Origin: an uncultured Gammaproteobacteria bacterium
GTDB taxonomy: Bacteria > Patescibacteriota > Microgenomatia > UBA8517 > JACQJR01
DNA length: 64,000 nt
Reading direction: 5' to 3'
NCBI GenBank assembly: GCA_964442455.1
Contig: CAYTZB010000001.1
Span: forward strand, 21,910 to 85,909
Of the stretch, positions 10,702-20,317 are shown in pieces; the stretch's first letter is position 1; the number at the start of each line of letters is the position of its first letter. The position numbers were made by a program, and so were the translations under genes. The notes under the pieces are model-generated. The model did not search any database and was not told the DNA's origin. It was given only the letters and a program-made list of their open reading frames with translations.

Positions 10702-11840
10702 TGGAAGAAAAATTTAATCATGGCTTTACTGACAATCCCTACAATGAGCACGCTTGGATTTTAGGAAACCCTGAAATTGGCGAGCGGGTTTGGATTGGCG
10801 CATTTTGTTTAATTGACGCCGCCAATGCCCCATTAAAGATTGGCAAAGGTACAGATATTTCAAGCGGTGCTCAAATCTTAACTCACTCGACAGTTAAAAG
10901 AGCTATATCAGAAAGACGTTATGGGGAAGTAGATAGTGCTGCAGTAGAAATTGGTGACTTTTGTTTTATCGGCACTAATGCTGTTGTTTTAATGGGGACA
11001 AAAATAGGCCACCATAGTGTTGTCGCAGCTGGGTCAGTTATTCCTCAATTTATGAAAGTTCCTCCATACTCAATAGTAGCTGGAGTTCCCGGCAAGATTA
11101 TCGGTTCAAGTAAAAAATTTTTGAAAGGTGTAGAGCCAGAATCTTTGTCAGTTGTTATTCCTGCATACAATGAGGCCCGAACGATAGAAGATGTAGTGAG
11201 AAATGCAATAGAGGTTCTAAAAAAAATAAGAATTGATTATGAGATAGTTTTGGTTAACGATGGTTCAACTGATCAAACAGGGAAAATCGTTGACGGTCTT
11301 GCAAGGAAAAATAAATTTATTCGCATTGTACATCATAAACAAAACAAAGGATTTACGGGAGCAATGAAAAGCGCCTTTTCCAGCGCTAAAAAACACCTGA
11401 TATTTTTAGCTCCCGCTGATGGTCAATTTGATTTTTCTGAACTCCCCAAGTTCTTAAGCGCAGTAAAAGGGTATGATGCGGCAACGGCGTACATTACTAA
11501 AAATAAAGAATCAACTTATAAAAGAGTAACTAGAGGTATCTTTCACCTGCCATTTCAATTTTTATGCCGCTATCTTTTAGGGATTAGTCTTAAAGAATTT
11601 TCTTCTGTGTCTTTGTGGAGAAGGATAGTTTTTCAATCAATTGAAATAAGTTCTGAGGACAGAAGTGCGATGTTTTTGCCAGAACTGATAAGTAAGGCAC
11701 TGAAGAAGAGATATAAATTTACGGAAGTTCCAATCAGATGGTATAGACGCAAAGGTGGTAAGGCAAAAGGCACAAGTGTAGTAGTTGCCATAAAGACTTT
11801 TTTTGCAATGGTTAAGTTATGGTTTAAATTAAGGGATTAA
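10698..11840 (+). CDS. Fusion protein: N-terminal hexapeptide-repeat acyltransferase domain joined to a C-terminal GT2 (DPM1/GtrB-like polyprenyl-phosphate sugar synthase) domain.
   Basis: Residues ~20-150 carry hexapeptide repeats ('IGERVWIGAFCLIDAANAPLKIGKGTDISSGAQIL', 'IGDFCFIGTNAVVLMGTKIGHHSVVAAGSVI'). Residues ~150-380 read 'LSVVIPAYNEARTIEDVV...YEIVLVNDGSTDQTGKIV...FTGAMKSAF...DGQFDF', a GT2 DXD-type fold. Confidence 0.6.
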   Translation: MMEEKFNHGFTDNPYNEHAWILGNPEIGERVWIGAFCLIDAANAPLKIGKGTDISSGAQILTHSTVKRAISERRYGEVDSAAVEIGDFCFIGTNAVVLMGTKIGHHSVVAAGSVIPQFMKVPPYSIVAGVPGKIIGSSKKFLKGVEPESLSVVIPAYNEARTIEDVVRNAIEVLKKIRIDYEIVLVNDGSTDQTGKIVDGLARKNKFIRIVHHKQNKGFTGAMKSAFSSAKKHLIFLAPADGQFDFSELPKFLSAVKGYDAATAYITKNKESTYKRVTRGIFHLPFQFLCRYLLGISLKEFSSVSLWRRIVFQSIEISSEDRSAMFLPELISKALKKRYKFTEVPIRWYRRKGGKAKGTSVVVAIKTFFAMVKLWFKLRD

Positions 11841-11866
11841 CTTTTGTGGAGGTAGCTCCTTAATTA

Positions 11867-13372
11867 ATGAATTCTATAAAAATAGATCTTTTTCTCATAA
11901 GTCTTGTTCTATTGCTAACTTTTTTTACCTGGAGACATATTCTCTCTTTGCAATTCACAGGGGAAAGTTGGGGTTTTATTGGCACAATTCCACCTAAGGG
12001 AAATTTGTTTGAAATAGTTTATCAGGAAGTTGCATCACTGGACGAGTTTACTATTGACAGGATACTCTCTGGAATTCTAATCCCTAAATTCGGTGACCAA
12101 ATTCATTTATATATGTGGTTTCAGCTTGTTTATATGCTTTTTATTGATTTATTATTATATTTCATAGTTAAGCAAATGACAGGTAGTAAATTGGCAGGAT
12201 TTCTCACTGCCTTTCTTTTTGGCAGTAGCTTTATAGCTAATTTTGAGACCTATTCAGGAGGAGGATATTTGTATTTTGCTGGAAGGGCAACTCTAGCTGT
12301 ACCAGCACTCATAGCTGTATATTTTTTATACTTATATCTTACGAAAAAATTTAAGCTTTATTTTTACTTCATTTCCCTTACTCTTTATGCATTTACACTA
12401 ATGATGAGTTTTTTTGGCACTTATTTTGTACCAATACTTATTACTTATCCAATTGTTTATCTTCTTTTTGGCTTAAGGGAGATAAGGCAAATTTTCTGGA
12501 AATTAATATTGTTACCCATCCCTTACATAATAATTACCCTGTATATAATTAGAGGGTCGCTTGCTTTTACTAACGAGTCTATCTTTGATTTTGTATTCGA
12601 AAAATTTTCTTATACCCTTACTGGAATTCTTCAACAACTAACTGTTCTTACTTTTCCGATGGGCGAATTGTTTTTAATCAATGATAAATTTTCTATTGAA
12701 TATTTTGGAATTTTGGTTATAACGGTATTAATCTATTGCTATGCTTTTTTCGCCAACTCAAAAATAAACACCCAGTGGAAAGTTCTTCAGATGACGGCAT
12801 TGCTAAGTGCCATAGGAATGCTTTTCTTTAATGTATATTTACAAGCTGCAGAAACACTAAATACATTTGGATCAACCAGGTACTTCTATTTTCCTTCTAT
12901 AATGGTGGCAATTTTTTTTGGTATTTTTTTAACTGGTATTCTTACCAAAGGAAGGAAATTATTGAATTTGCATCTAATAATTATTATTCTTGTTTGGTTT
13001 AGCTATAATAATGTTCATATTCAAAGACGATTGAAAACAGAAGAATGGGTACATAATGCAAACAAGCAAACCCTGGAAATATTGCGTTCTTGGGCGCCGG
13101 AAACGAAGAAAAATCCCTCTTATCTCTATTTACCTGCCACATTGGGTGGATACGGAGGTCAATTTGTCATTCAATTTTTCAGTCATCCGCAGGGAAAAGT
13201 AGATGTTGAAGGCCTTGAGTCTCTTGATCTAGATAAAGTGTCAAAATTGGGATTTTCTCCTAATAATCTTTTTGTAATGCATTTTGATCCTTTGTCAAGA
13301 AATGTTTATGATATAACAGAACAAACGAGAGCCATGTTTGCCCAAGAAAAAAGAAGAGATAAGAAATTTTGA
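11867..13372 (+). CDS. Polytopic integral membrane protein (putative GT-C-like glycosyltransferase).
   Basis: 501 aa, ten or more hydrophobic helices, GGAGG ribosome-binding site upstream. No soluble domain recognised. Confidence 0.4.
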   Translation: MNSIKIDLFLISLVLLLTFFTWRHILSLQFTGESWGFIGTIPPKGNLFEIVYQEVASLDEFTIDRILSGILIPKFGDQIHLYMWFQLVYMLFIDLLLYFIVKQMTGSKLAGFLTAFLFGSSFIANFETYSGGGYLYFAGRATLAVPALIAVYFLYLYLTKKFKLYFYFISLTLYAFTLMMSFFGTYFVPILITYPIVYLLFGLREIRQIFWKLILLPIPYIIITLYIIRGSLAFTNESIFDFVFEKFSYTLTGILQQLTVLTFPMGELFLINDKFSIEYFGILVITVLIYCYAFFANSKINTQWKVLQMTALLSAIGMLFFNVYLQAAETLNTFGSTRYFYFPSIMVAIFFGIFLTGILTKGRKLLNLHLIIIILVWFSYNNVHIQRRLKTEEWVHNANKQTLEILRSWAPETKKNPSYLYLPATLGGYGGQFVIQFFSHPQGKVDVEGLESLDLDKVSKLGFSPNNLFVMHFDPLSRNVYDITEQTRAMFAQEKRRDKKF

Positions 13373-13418
13373 TTTCTGTTGCTGGAAAGTTTAGTGCTAT
13401 ATTAAGCATGTACTATTA

Positions 13419-15245
13419 ATGAAGCATTTAGGAAAATTTTTTAATAAGTATAGTTACAAGTTAGTTTGGTTGGTGGTAATTTCCTCAATTTTATTTAATT
13501 TAGGTGCTACTTCATACGAGCTTTCAACGAAGGCAAACTTAATAGATCACTATTTTTATGGCATATTTCTCAGTCCTTTTGACAGTATTCGCTATGGACA
13601 TTTTATTGCCAGAAAACTTTTTCTTGTTGTAATCGCTTTATCAGTTTTTATCTACTGGCTAAAAAAACAAAAAAATGTTCTGCAAAATGCAAGAAAAAAC
13701 TTAAAATATATACTCGCTATTGGTCTTACTCTTTTCTTTTCGAGGATATTAACTTATGGCTTTTGGTTCTATAACGATGACCTGCGTTTTTTTCATTGGC
13801 ATCTTTTTTGCCCATCTCAGCCAATTTGTAACATACAAGGAATGTGGGGGCCAGTTGGTTCACATCCAATAGCTATACTAAATCTGGTTTTACCGTGGTT
13901 TGGAACAAACTATACCCTGTATAATAGCCTTGGCCTGTTTTTTTACTTTTTAGCAGGAGTAGCAATTTTTGCACTAATTAGCAAACTGCAAAAAAGCAAA
14001 TTTATTTCCCTTATTGCCGCAATATTTTTTCTGACAACCCCAACCTACTTTCAGGGGAGACTCCTTATAGGAGAAGTTATAAACAGTCCATTTATCGTAC
14101 TTTTAGTAGTGCTTTCCTTTTATATGCTTTTTCAGAAATTTATTCCAGGTGCGCTAATTTTTGCAGCAGCAGCTCTGGAATATGGAGTAGCTAAATCATA
14201 CTTTATTGCTTTGCCACTTACTCTTTTTGCATTATTTTTTGCTAACTCAAATCCTACAGGTAAAAAATTCATTGATCAAAAGAAAAGTATAATTTTTTTT
14301 GTTGTTGCAATTTGTTTAATTTCATTTGTTTATATGCCTATTTTTGATCGAGCGCCCGGGGGACATACCCAATTGAGTGAAATATTTGCCCTAGACCAAT
14401 TGTTTGTTTTTGGAGATGTACTTCTGGCAGTAACTTTGCCTTATGGCTTTTCGTATCCTCTTGTTCATTTATTAAGTTTGACTTTGAACAATTGGAAATA
14501 TATTACTATTGCGCTTGGATTTATAATTGTTGCGGTTTTTGCTGTTGCGAGTCTTATTTCTATACTTTCAAAAAAAATCTTTAGCGCAAAGATGTTAATA
14601 ATAGGTCTATCTATTATTCTTCCTACTGCAGCGGTAGCCTCTTTTATGGGAGTAAGAGTTGAACATAATGTAGCTAGACTTGTTGAATATCACAAAAACA
14701 GTTTAGGACCGCTTGGCGCAACAGGATATGGTATTTTTCCTGCCTTAGGTCTAGTTTTTGTATTAATGGGCTTGGCACATTTAGTTAGCAAAAGAACATT
14801 TAAAGTATCAGCTATAATTTTAATTTTTATAAACATAGTTACGTCTTTTTCGTTCGATTATAGATGGCTTATGTCTCCTTATTCTTACCCTCAGCGAAAA
14901 TATGACGAGCAGCTCCAAAAAATTCTTCCCAGGGACGGTATTAACAGATATATATTTGTTCCCGGAAGTCAGCGCCCATTATATGAAGGCGTTAGAACTT
15001 TCGGTTCTGTCTTTCAGGGAGACCAGGGTGTATATACCTTTATGGGTAAAGAAGATTTTGTCCAAGCTATCAAAGAGGATAAAGTAAGGCCAGACCATAT
15101 TTATTTTTTGATAACAAACGGGAAACCCAAATATGATATTTATGATTATTCGGAAAAGATAAGGTCAACTCCCTATAACCGACTTATTCCTCTTATCGAG
15201 TCATTAACAATAGAATTGACACCTAAAAATGTAGAATTTTGGTAG
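13419..15245 (+). CDS. Polytopic integral membrane protein (putative GT-C-like glycosyltransferase) with a C-terminal soluble region.
   Basis: 608 aa, 12 or more hydrophobic helices, then a ~120-aa hydrophilic C-terminus. Confidence 0.4.
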   Translation: MKHLGKFFNKYSYKLVWLVVISSILFNLGATSYELSTKANLIDHYFYGIFLSPFDSIRYGHFIARKLFLVVIALSVFIYWLKKQKNVLQNARKNLKYILAIGLTLFFSRILTYGFWFYNDDLRFFHWHLFCPSQPICNIQGMWGPVGSHPIAILNLVLPWFGTNYTLYNSLGLFFYFLAGVAIFALISKLQKSKFISLIAAIFFLTTPTYFQGRLLIGEVINSPFIVLLVVLSFYMLFQKFIPGALIFAAAALEYGVAKSYFIALPLTLFALFFANSNPTGKKFIDQKKSIIFFVVAICLISFVYMPIFDRAPGGHTQLSEIFALDQLFVFGDVLLAVTLPYGFSYPLVHLLSLTLNNWKYITIALGFIIVAVFAVASLISILSKKIFSAKMLIIGLSIILPTAAVASFMGVRVEHNVARLVEYHKNSLGPLGATGYGIFPALGLVFVLMGLAHLVSKRTFKVSAIILIFINIVTSFSFDYRWLMSPYSYPQRKYDEQLQKILPRDGINRYIFVPGSQRPLYEGVRTFGSVFQGDQGVYTFMGKEDFVQAIKEDKVRPDHIYFLITNGKPKYDIYDYSEKIRSTPYNRLIPLIESLTIELTPKNVEFW

Positions 15246-15260
15246 AATTTTGATTGAATT

Positions 15261-16214
15261 ATGACTAGTAACTATCTAGTAACTGGGGGAGCGGGTTTCA
15301 TCGGCAGTTTCGTAGTGGAGGAGCTTCTTGCCCGTGGTAAAAATGTGACGGTGTTGGACAACTTCAGTTCTGGTTCAAAAGAGAACCTTACCCAGGTCCA
15401 GAAGATTGTCCAGGGCCGTCTTCGAGTCCTGAAGGGCGACATCCGTAAACTGTCGGATCTTGAGAAGGTTTGTCGTGGTATCTCGGTAGTCTATCACATG
15501 GCTGTTCAACCGCTGACATTGGGACTGGAGGACCCCCTTATAATGAACGAGGTGAATAGCACTGGTACTCTCAATACTCTTCATGCTGCCCACCTTGCGG
15601 GTATTCAACGTTTTAACTATATTTCCTCTTCAGAGGTTTATGGAACAGCGCAGTATGTACCTATGGACGAGAATCATCCGCGCGTACCCCTAACCGTGTA
15701 CGCGGCCTCAAAACTTGCTGGCGAAGCGTATGTGCAAGGGTATTACAACACCTACGGTCTAACTTACACTATAATTCGCCCTTTCAACTCATATGGCCCA
15801 CGTCACCGGGACGATGGCTATTGCGCAGTATTATTTCGCTTCTTGCAATGTGTAATCAAAAACGAACCACCCCAAATTTACGGGGATGGTAAGCAGACGC
15901 GCGATATGTCTTATGTTGAGGATACCGCGCGAGGCATCGTACTCGCGGGAGAGTCTCCAAGAGTGATAAATGATGTGGTGAATATCGGTACTGGCCGGGA
16001 GGTGCAAGTTAACGAAGTGGCACAAGCAGTGCTCGAAATACTTGGCTCGAAACTCAAGCCCAGAAAGGTGGCACCCCGGCCAGGGGACGTGCGTAGACAC
16101 CTGGCTGGGATAGCAAAGGCTCAGTATTTACTCGGGTATAAGCCACGCTTCACATTCGCTGAGGGCGTACTTAAGACTATTGAATGGTATTTACAGAAAC
16201 ACTCCAAGAGGTGA
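15261..16214 (+). CDS. NAD-dependent epimerase/dehydratase (extended SDR; UDP-sugar 4-epimerase or 4,6-dehydratase-like). Lies in a GC-rich island.
   Basis: 'VTGGAGFIGS' Rossmann motif and catalytic 'YAASK' (YxxxK); 317 aa. GC content and codon usage (ctg, ggc, cgt) differ markedly from the neighbouring genes. Confidence 0.75.
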   Translation: MTSNYLVTGGAGFIGSFVVEELLARGKNVTVLDNFSSGSKENLTQVQKIVQGRLRVLKGDIRKLSDLEKVCRGISVVYHMAVQPLTLGLEDPLIMNEVNSTGTLNTLHAAHLAGIQRFNYISSSEVYGTAQYVPMDENHPRVPLTVYAASKLAGEAYVQGYYNTYGLTYTIIRPFNSYGPRHRDDGYCAVLFRFLQCVIKNEPPQIYGDGKQTRDMSYVEDTARGIVLAGESPRVINDVVNIGTGREVQVNEVAQAVLEILGSKLKPRKVAPRPGDVRRHLAGIAKAQYLLGYKPRFTFAEGVLKTIEWYLQKHSKR

Positions 16215-16263
16215 CTTCCAAAAGTTCTGGTAGAAATATCCGGTTTACATTAATGATTAAACT

Positions 16264-16770
16264 ATGTTAGGATTAAAACTAATGGTTAAGGCAATTGCTT
16301 TTTTTCTTTTATTTTTTTACATAATTTTTAGTTTACCAGGTGTTGTGTTAGCACAGGAATCACAAACTGAAACTAAAACTAAAGTCGAGGTAGACCACGT
16401 TGCGAATGTCATTGAAAAATTTAGAGAGAAAGTTGTTTTATTCTTTAAATTTTCAAAAAATACCAAAGTAGATTATCAACAATACTTGGTTGAAAAAAGA
16501 CTTGCCGAACTAAAATGGGTTGTGGATAGTAAAGAATGGCAACCGGTTGAGGAAACCTCATCTCGCTACTCAACTTATTTAGGAAATTTTACAGATTTTG
16601 TGATTAAAAACAAACTAACAAGTAAAAAAGAAGAAATTTTAAAAATGTACGAGGAACATCAAAAAATTCTCGATACGTTGCAAAGAAATTTCGAATTTGA
16701 ATCAGGGTTTTGGTTACTTTTACAGCATGATATTAATACTGTAAAAATTTTCTCCGAACGGGTTAAATAA
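16264..16770 (+). CDS. Hypothetical secreted or membrane-anchored protein.
   Basis: N-terminal signal/TM helix 'AIAFFLLFFYIIFSLPGVVLA' followed by a charged, helical 140-aa region. Confidence 0.4.
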   Translation: MLGLKLMVKAIAFFLLFFYIIFSLPGVVLAQESQTETKTKVEVDHVANVIEKFREKVVLFFKFSKNTKVDYQQYLVEKRLAELKWVVDSKEWQPVEETSSRYSTYLGNFTDFVIKNKLTSKKEEILKMYEEHQKILDTLQRNFEFESGFWLLLQHDINTVKIFSERVK

Positions 16771-16783
16771 TTAATTCTTCAGG

Positions 16784-16885
16784 GTGATATACTCATCTTA
16801 CTTGAATTTGCAACTTTTAAGGTATTCGTATATACCCGTTTTCCACAATTTCTAAATGCAAATTAGAGTTAAGCGGGTATATAAT
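16784..16885 (+). promoter_or_regulatory. Conserved ~100-nt intergenic element, copy 1. It has a 57-nt core, a stem-loop (arms 16829-16838 and 16874-16883) and a TATAAT box at 16880-16885. It sits upstream of the wzx-like gene.
   Basis: The core 'gtgatatactcatcttacttgaatttgcaacttttaaggtattcgtatatacccgtt' is 54/57 identical to the reverse complement of 21767-21823. A 10-bp perfect inverted repeat tatatacccg/cgggtatata flanks a 35-nt loop. Confidence 0.55.
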
Positions 16886-16919
16886 GGTCAATAAGTAAAA
16901 TAGTTAGTGTTCTAGTAAG

Positions 16920-18197
16920 ATGTTAAATGGCGTTAAAAATCACTTCCCGAAAAATTTCTCTTTTCAACAAGCTCAACTTTTATCAGGCAGTGCGATTATG
17001 ATTTTTGGAAGTTTTGCGACAAGCTTCATTAACTATTTGTATCACTTGATAATGGGGAGAATTTTAGAACCTGCCAATTATGGCATCTTAGCCTCTGTTA
17101 TATCTTTAGTCGGCCTATTGGTTCTGTTGCCTAATTCCATGGGGTTAGTTGTAACAAAATTAATTGCAAAAGCAAAGAACGAAAAAGAAGTTAGCGAAAA
17201 AGTTGCCACCCTTAATAAAAATGTCTTGTGGTTAGGTGTGGTTTCCTTTTCCGCTCTTGTGCTCTTGAGTCCTTTTATAGCGCAATTTATAAAAGTAGAG
17301 AAATTTCTTATAATTATTGGCCTTTTAGTATTTTTACTATCTTTTCCTTTAATGATGTTTCGTGGAACGCTTCAAGGATTGCTCAAATTTAAAGAGATGG
17401 TTATTAGTCAGACTGTAGAAAATCTCTTGCGACTGCTGGTAGCCGTAGTATTAGTGCTGGTGGGTTTTTCCATTGGTGGAGCCCTTTTCGGACTGGTTTT
17501 AGGAGTATTGGTTGGGTTTATCATTGCATGGCTTTTTGTTAAAAGTTTTTTGAGTTTGTCTAAAGGTAGGCAAAAGTTATCAGTCAATATTCTGTCAACC
17601 GTAAACCAAATATTACCCTTTTTTTTACTTTCAATTTCAATAACTTCCCTATATTCTTCAGATCTAATTTTGGTCAAACATTTTTTCGGTTCATTTGAAG
17701 CCGGAATCTATGGAGCTATGTCATTTTTGGGGAGAATAATTTTTTTTGGAGTGAGCCCTATTACGGCTGTTATGTTTCCAATAGTTGCAAAAAATTACTC
17801 CAAGGGCCAAAGCGGATTGGTCACTTTGAAATGGAGTTTATTGGGGGCATTTTTGATAGCTCTCTTTATAAATTCCATTTATGCATTTTTACCAGAGTTG
17901 GTAATTAAGCAGCTTTACGGTGAAAAATATCTTTTGTCAACTAGCCTTTTGGTATTTTTCGGAATTTTTATAACTTTTGTAACTTTGTCGTTTTTGCTAC
18001 TTAATTATGGTTTGGCGCAAGGCCAGTCACGCATCGTCTTGGCGAGTTTTCTGGCAGCATCCTTACAAATAACTTTTATCTGGATTTATCACCCGACATT
18101 ATTTGCCATTATTCTTATTTCAATTATAATTTCATTTGTCCTTTTTTTATATTTAGTTTTTTATACATTCCGCCAAAGTCTTGGACTTAAACAATGA
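16920..18197 (+). CDS. Wzx-like oligosaccharide/polysaccharide flippase (MOP superfamily, Polysacc_synt).
   Basis: 425 aa with about 12 TM helices in the N-terminal and C-terminal repeat pattern typical of Wzx. Gene context supports the call. Confidence 0.55.
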   Translation: MLNGVKNHFPKNFSFQQAQLLSGSAIMIFGSFATSFINYLYHLIMGRILEPANYGILASVISLVGLLVLLPNSMGLVVTKLIAKAKNEKEVSEKVATLNKNVLWLGVVSFSALVLLSPFIAQFIKVEKFLIIIGLLVFLLSFPLMMFRGTLQGLLKFKEMVISQTVENLLRLLVAVVLVLVGFSIGGALFGLVLGVLVGFIIAWLFVKSFLSLSKGRQKLSVNILSTVNQILPFFLLSISITSLYSSDLILVKHFFGSFEAGIYGAMSFLGRIIFFGVSPITAVMFPIVAKNYSKGQSGLVTLKWSLLGAFLIALFINSIYAFLPELVIKQLYGEKYLLSTSLLVFFGIFITFVTLSFLLLNYGLAQGQSRIVLASFLAASLQITFIWIYHPTLFAIILISIIISFVLFLYLVFYTFRQSLGLKQ

Positions 18198-20317
18198 AAT
18201 TTTTTCTGTCTCTTTTTCTAGGAATTTTATTTTTTATTTCTGGTTTCCTTACCTTAGGGAACTATGGAATATCTTGGGATGAACCAACTCATTTTAAAAG
18301 AGGGCAAGGATACCTTTGGTACCTTTTAACTGGGGATAATACTTACCAAAAACTACCACCTTATGATTTATTACGTGCTCAAAACGACTCCAGCTATCAT
18401 GAAAGAAGTATTTACCAAGATGATAAACACAACGCAGCATTTTATAGAACAATAGATGGTACTCATCCGCCCCTTGCCGATATTCTTTCCTCTAGCACAA
18501 ATATGGTTTTTTACCAGAGACTTGGGATTTTGGGAGATATTGAGAGTTATCACCTTTTTGAAATTTTTGTCGCCAGCATTGGAGTAGCTGTCTTGTTTCT
18601 GTTTGTTTATGAGAGTTTTGGGCTCATAGCAGCATTTTTTTCAACTATCATTTTTGCGACTTACCCCCTTTTTTGGGCAGAATCCCATTTTAATATAAAA
18701 GATCCGATTGAGACATCGTGGATTATTTTAACTCTTTACTTTTTATGGAAAGGTATAAAGAGTTCGTCAGCCCGCTTTATATTAATATCTTCGGTTTTTG
18801 CAGGTTTTGCACTTGCAACAAAATTCAATGTAATTTTCCTGCCGCTTATAGTACTGCCATGGTTATTCTTTGTATTTAAAACCCATAAAAAAGAATTTCT
18901 TTCATTTGTTAAAACCCGAAGATTTCTTTTATTGATTTTTCTTTATCCAATAATTGTATTTACAATTTTTTATGTTTCCTATCCATTTTTATGGGATAGC
19001 CCTATTGCTAACATTGGTAAAGTTTTGACATATTATCAAAGGAATGCACTGGACCCCACATTTGCAAATGCAGTGCTACCAAGTTGGCCATTTTATGCCA
19101 TAAGGTGGGTAATATTGACTGCTCCACCCCTAGTATTGTTAGGACTAATATTGAGCTTGGTGTTTCTCAAAAAGAATTTAACTAAATATCATGGCTTTTT
19201 CCTGCTGGTTCTTTTGTGGTTTCTTGTGCCAGTCTTGAGAGTGAGCATACCTGGAGTGAATATTTACGGGGGAGTAAGGCAAATAATGGAATACATTCCG
19301 GCAATAGCCATTCTTGCTGGAGTGGGAATAGGTAAGATGGTTACATGGTTACATGGTTACATGGTTAAGCTGAAGAAGCCATATAACTATTTAGCTATTC
19401 AGCCATTAACGTTATTAGTTATTTTTACATTTTCCATTTATCCCCTTATTAGACTTCACCCCAACGAGAACGTTTATTTTAATTTTCTTATTGGAGGTTT
19501 AAAGGGTGCAGCGGAATCCGGTGTACCAGCGGCAGGAAATTCGTTTGGTAACGCTTATTATCAAGGGGCAATGTGGATTAATGAAAATGCAATCCAGGAT
19601 GCAAAATTGACCCTTATTCAAGGGTCATCGGTTAATATACCTAAATATAAGTTACGCAGTGATATTAACTTATCGGATGACTATTTTAGCGGGATTAATC
19701 GTGATGGAGAATATTTAATGGCATTAACATACAATTATGAGCATAAAGAAAATTTCTATGCATGGGAGTATGTAGAGCGCTTCCTCGAGCCAATTTACGA
19801 GGTAAAAGCAGACAACGTGCCAATACTTAAGATCTGGAAAAATGATTTAGAACACACAAAACCAGAGTATAGATTTGAGGAAAAATCATTTAACGGAAAA
19901 ATAGTTACGGAACAAAAAAACCAAATGATTATGTTTAAAACAGAAAAAGAAGTTCTATTATCTCGACTCATTCTTTCATATGAGCCTGTAAATGGGTGTT
20001 CGCTACCCCGCGCATCGGTCATTGATACGTCTTTGGATGGGCAAACTTGGTTCAGAGAAAAAGATCCATTAGCGTTTTCTCAAGTAGGCAAAAAAAGCAG
20101 CTCTTTTAAGCCTGCCTGGGCAGATTTCTCATCTGAATCTTTATATAGCTCCGTGGTAAATGGAAATATGATACAGAGGAGCGAAACTGTATTTTACTTC
20201 GCAGCCAGAAAAGCAAAGTTCATCCGTCTTAATTTAGATAATGAGCAATCATGTATTTTACATAACCCCCTTGCTATGATTGAGCATCTAGTTCCACACA
20301 CAGGAAATGAAGATTAG
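18194..20317 (+). CDS. GT-C fold glycosyltransferase (PMT/ArnT-like, GT39/GT83-type) with a C-terminal extracytoplasmic beta-rich domain.
   Basis: N-terminal 'GNYGISWDEPTHF' resembles the DE motif in the first loop of PMT/ArnT enzymes, within a polytopic N-terminus. The last ~200 aa are hydrophilic. Contains an octamer tandem repeat at 19337-19367. Confidence 0.55.
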   Translation: MKFFLSLFLGILFFISGFLTLGNYGISWDEPTHFKRGQGYLWYLLTGDNTYQKLPPYDLLRAQNDSSYHERSIYQDDKHNAAFYRTIDGTHPPLADILSSSTNMVFYQRLGILGDIESYHLFEIFVASIGVAVLFLFVYESFGLIAAFFSTIIFATYPLFWAESHFNIKDPIETSWIILTLYFLWKGIKSSSARFILISSVFAGFALATKFNVIFLPLIVLPWLFFVFKTHKKEFLSFVKTRRFLLLIFLYPIIVFTIFYVSYPFLWDSPIANIGKVLTYYQRNALDPTFANAVLPSWPFYAIRWVILTAPPLVLLGLILSLVFLKKNLTKYHGFFLLVLLWFLVPVLRVSIPGVNIYGGVRQIMEYIPAIAILAGVGIGKMVTWLHGYMVKLKKPYNYLAIQPLTLLVIFTFSIYPLIRLHPNENVYFNFLIGGLKGAAESGVPAAGNSFGNAYYQGAMWINENAIQDAKLTLIQGSSVNIPKYKLRSDINLSDDYFSGINRDGEYLMALTYNYEHKENFYAWEYVERFLEPIYEVKADNVPILKIWKNDLEHTKPEYRFEEKSFNGKIVTEQKNQMIMFKTEKEVLLSRLILSYEPVNGCSLPRASVIDTSLDGQTWFREKDPLAFSQVGKKSSSFKPAWADFSSESLYSSVVNGNMIQRSETVFYFAARKAKFIRLNLDNEQSCILHNPLAMIEHLVPHTGNED
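19337..19367 (+). repeat. Tandem octanucleotide repeat (atggttac) x3.9 inside a GT-C coding sequence.
   Basis: Direct read: atggttac atggttac atggttac atggtta. The unit length is not a multiple of 3. Confidence 0.9.
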
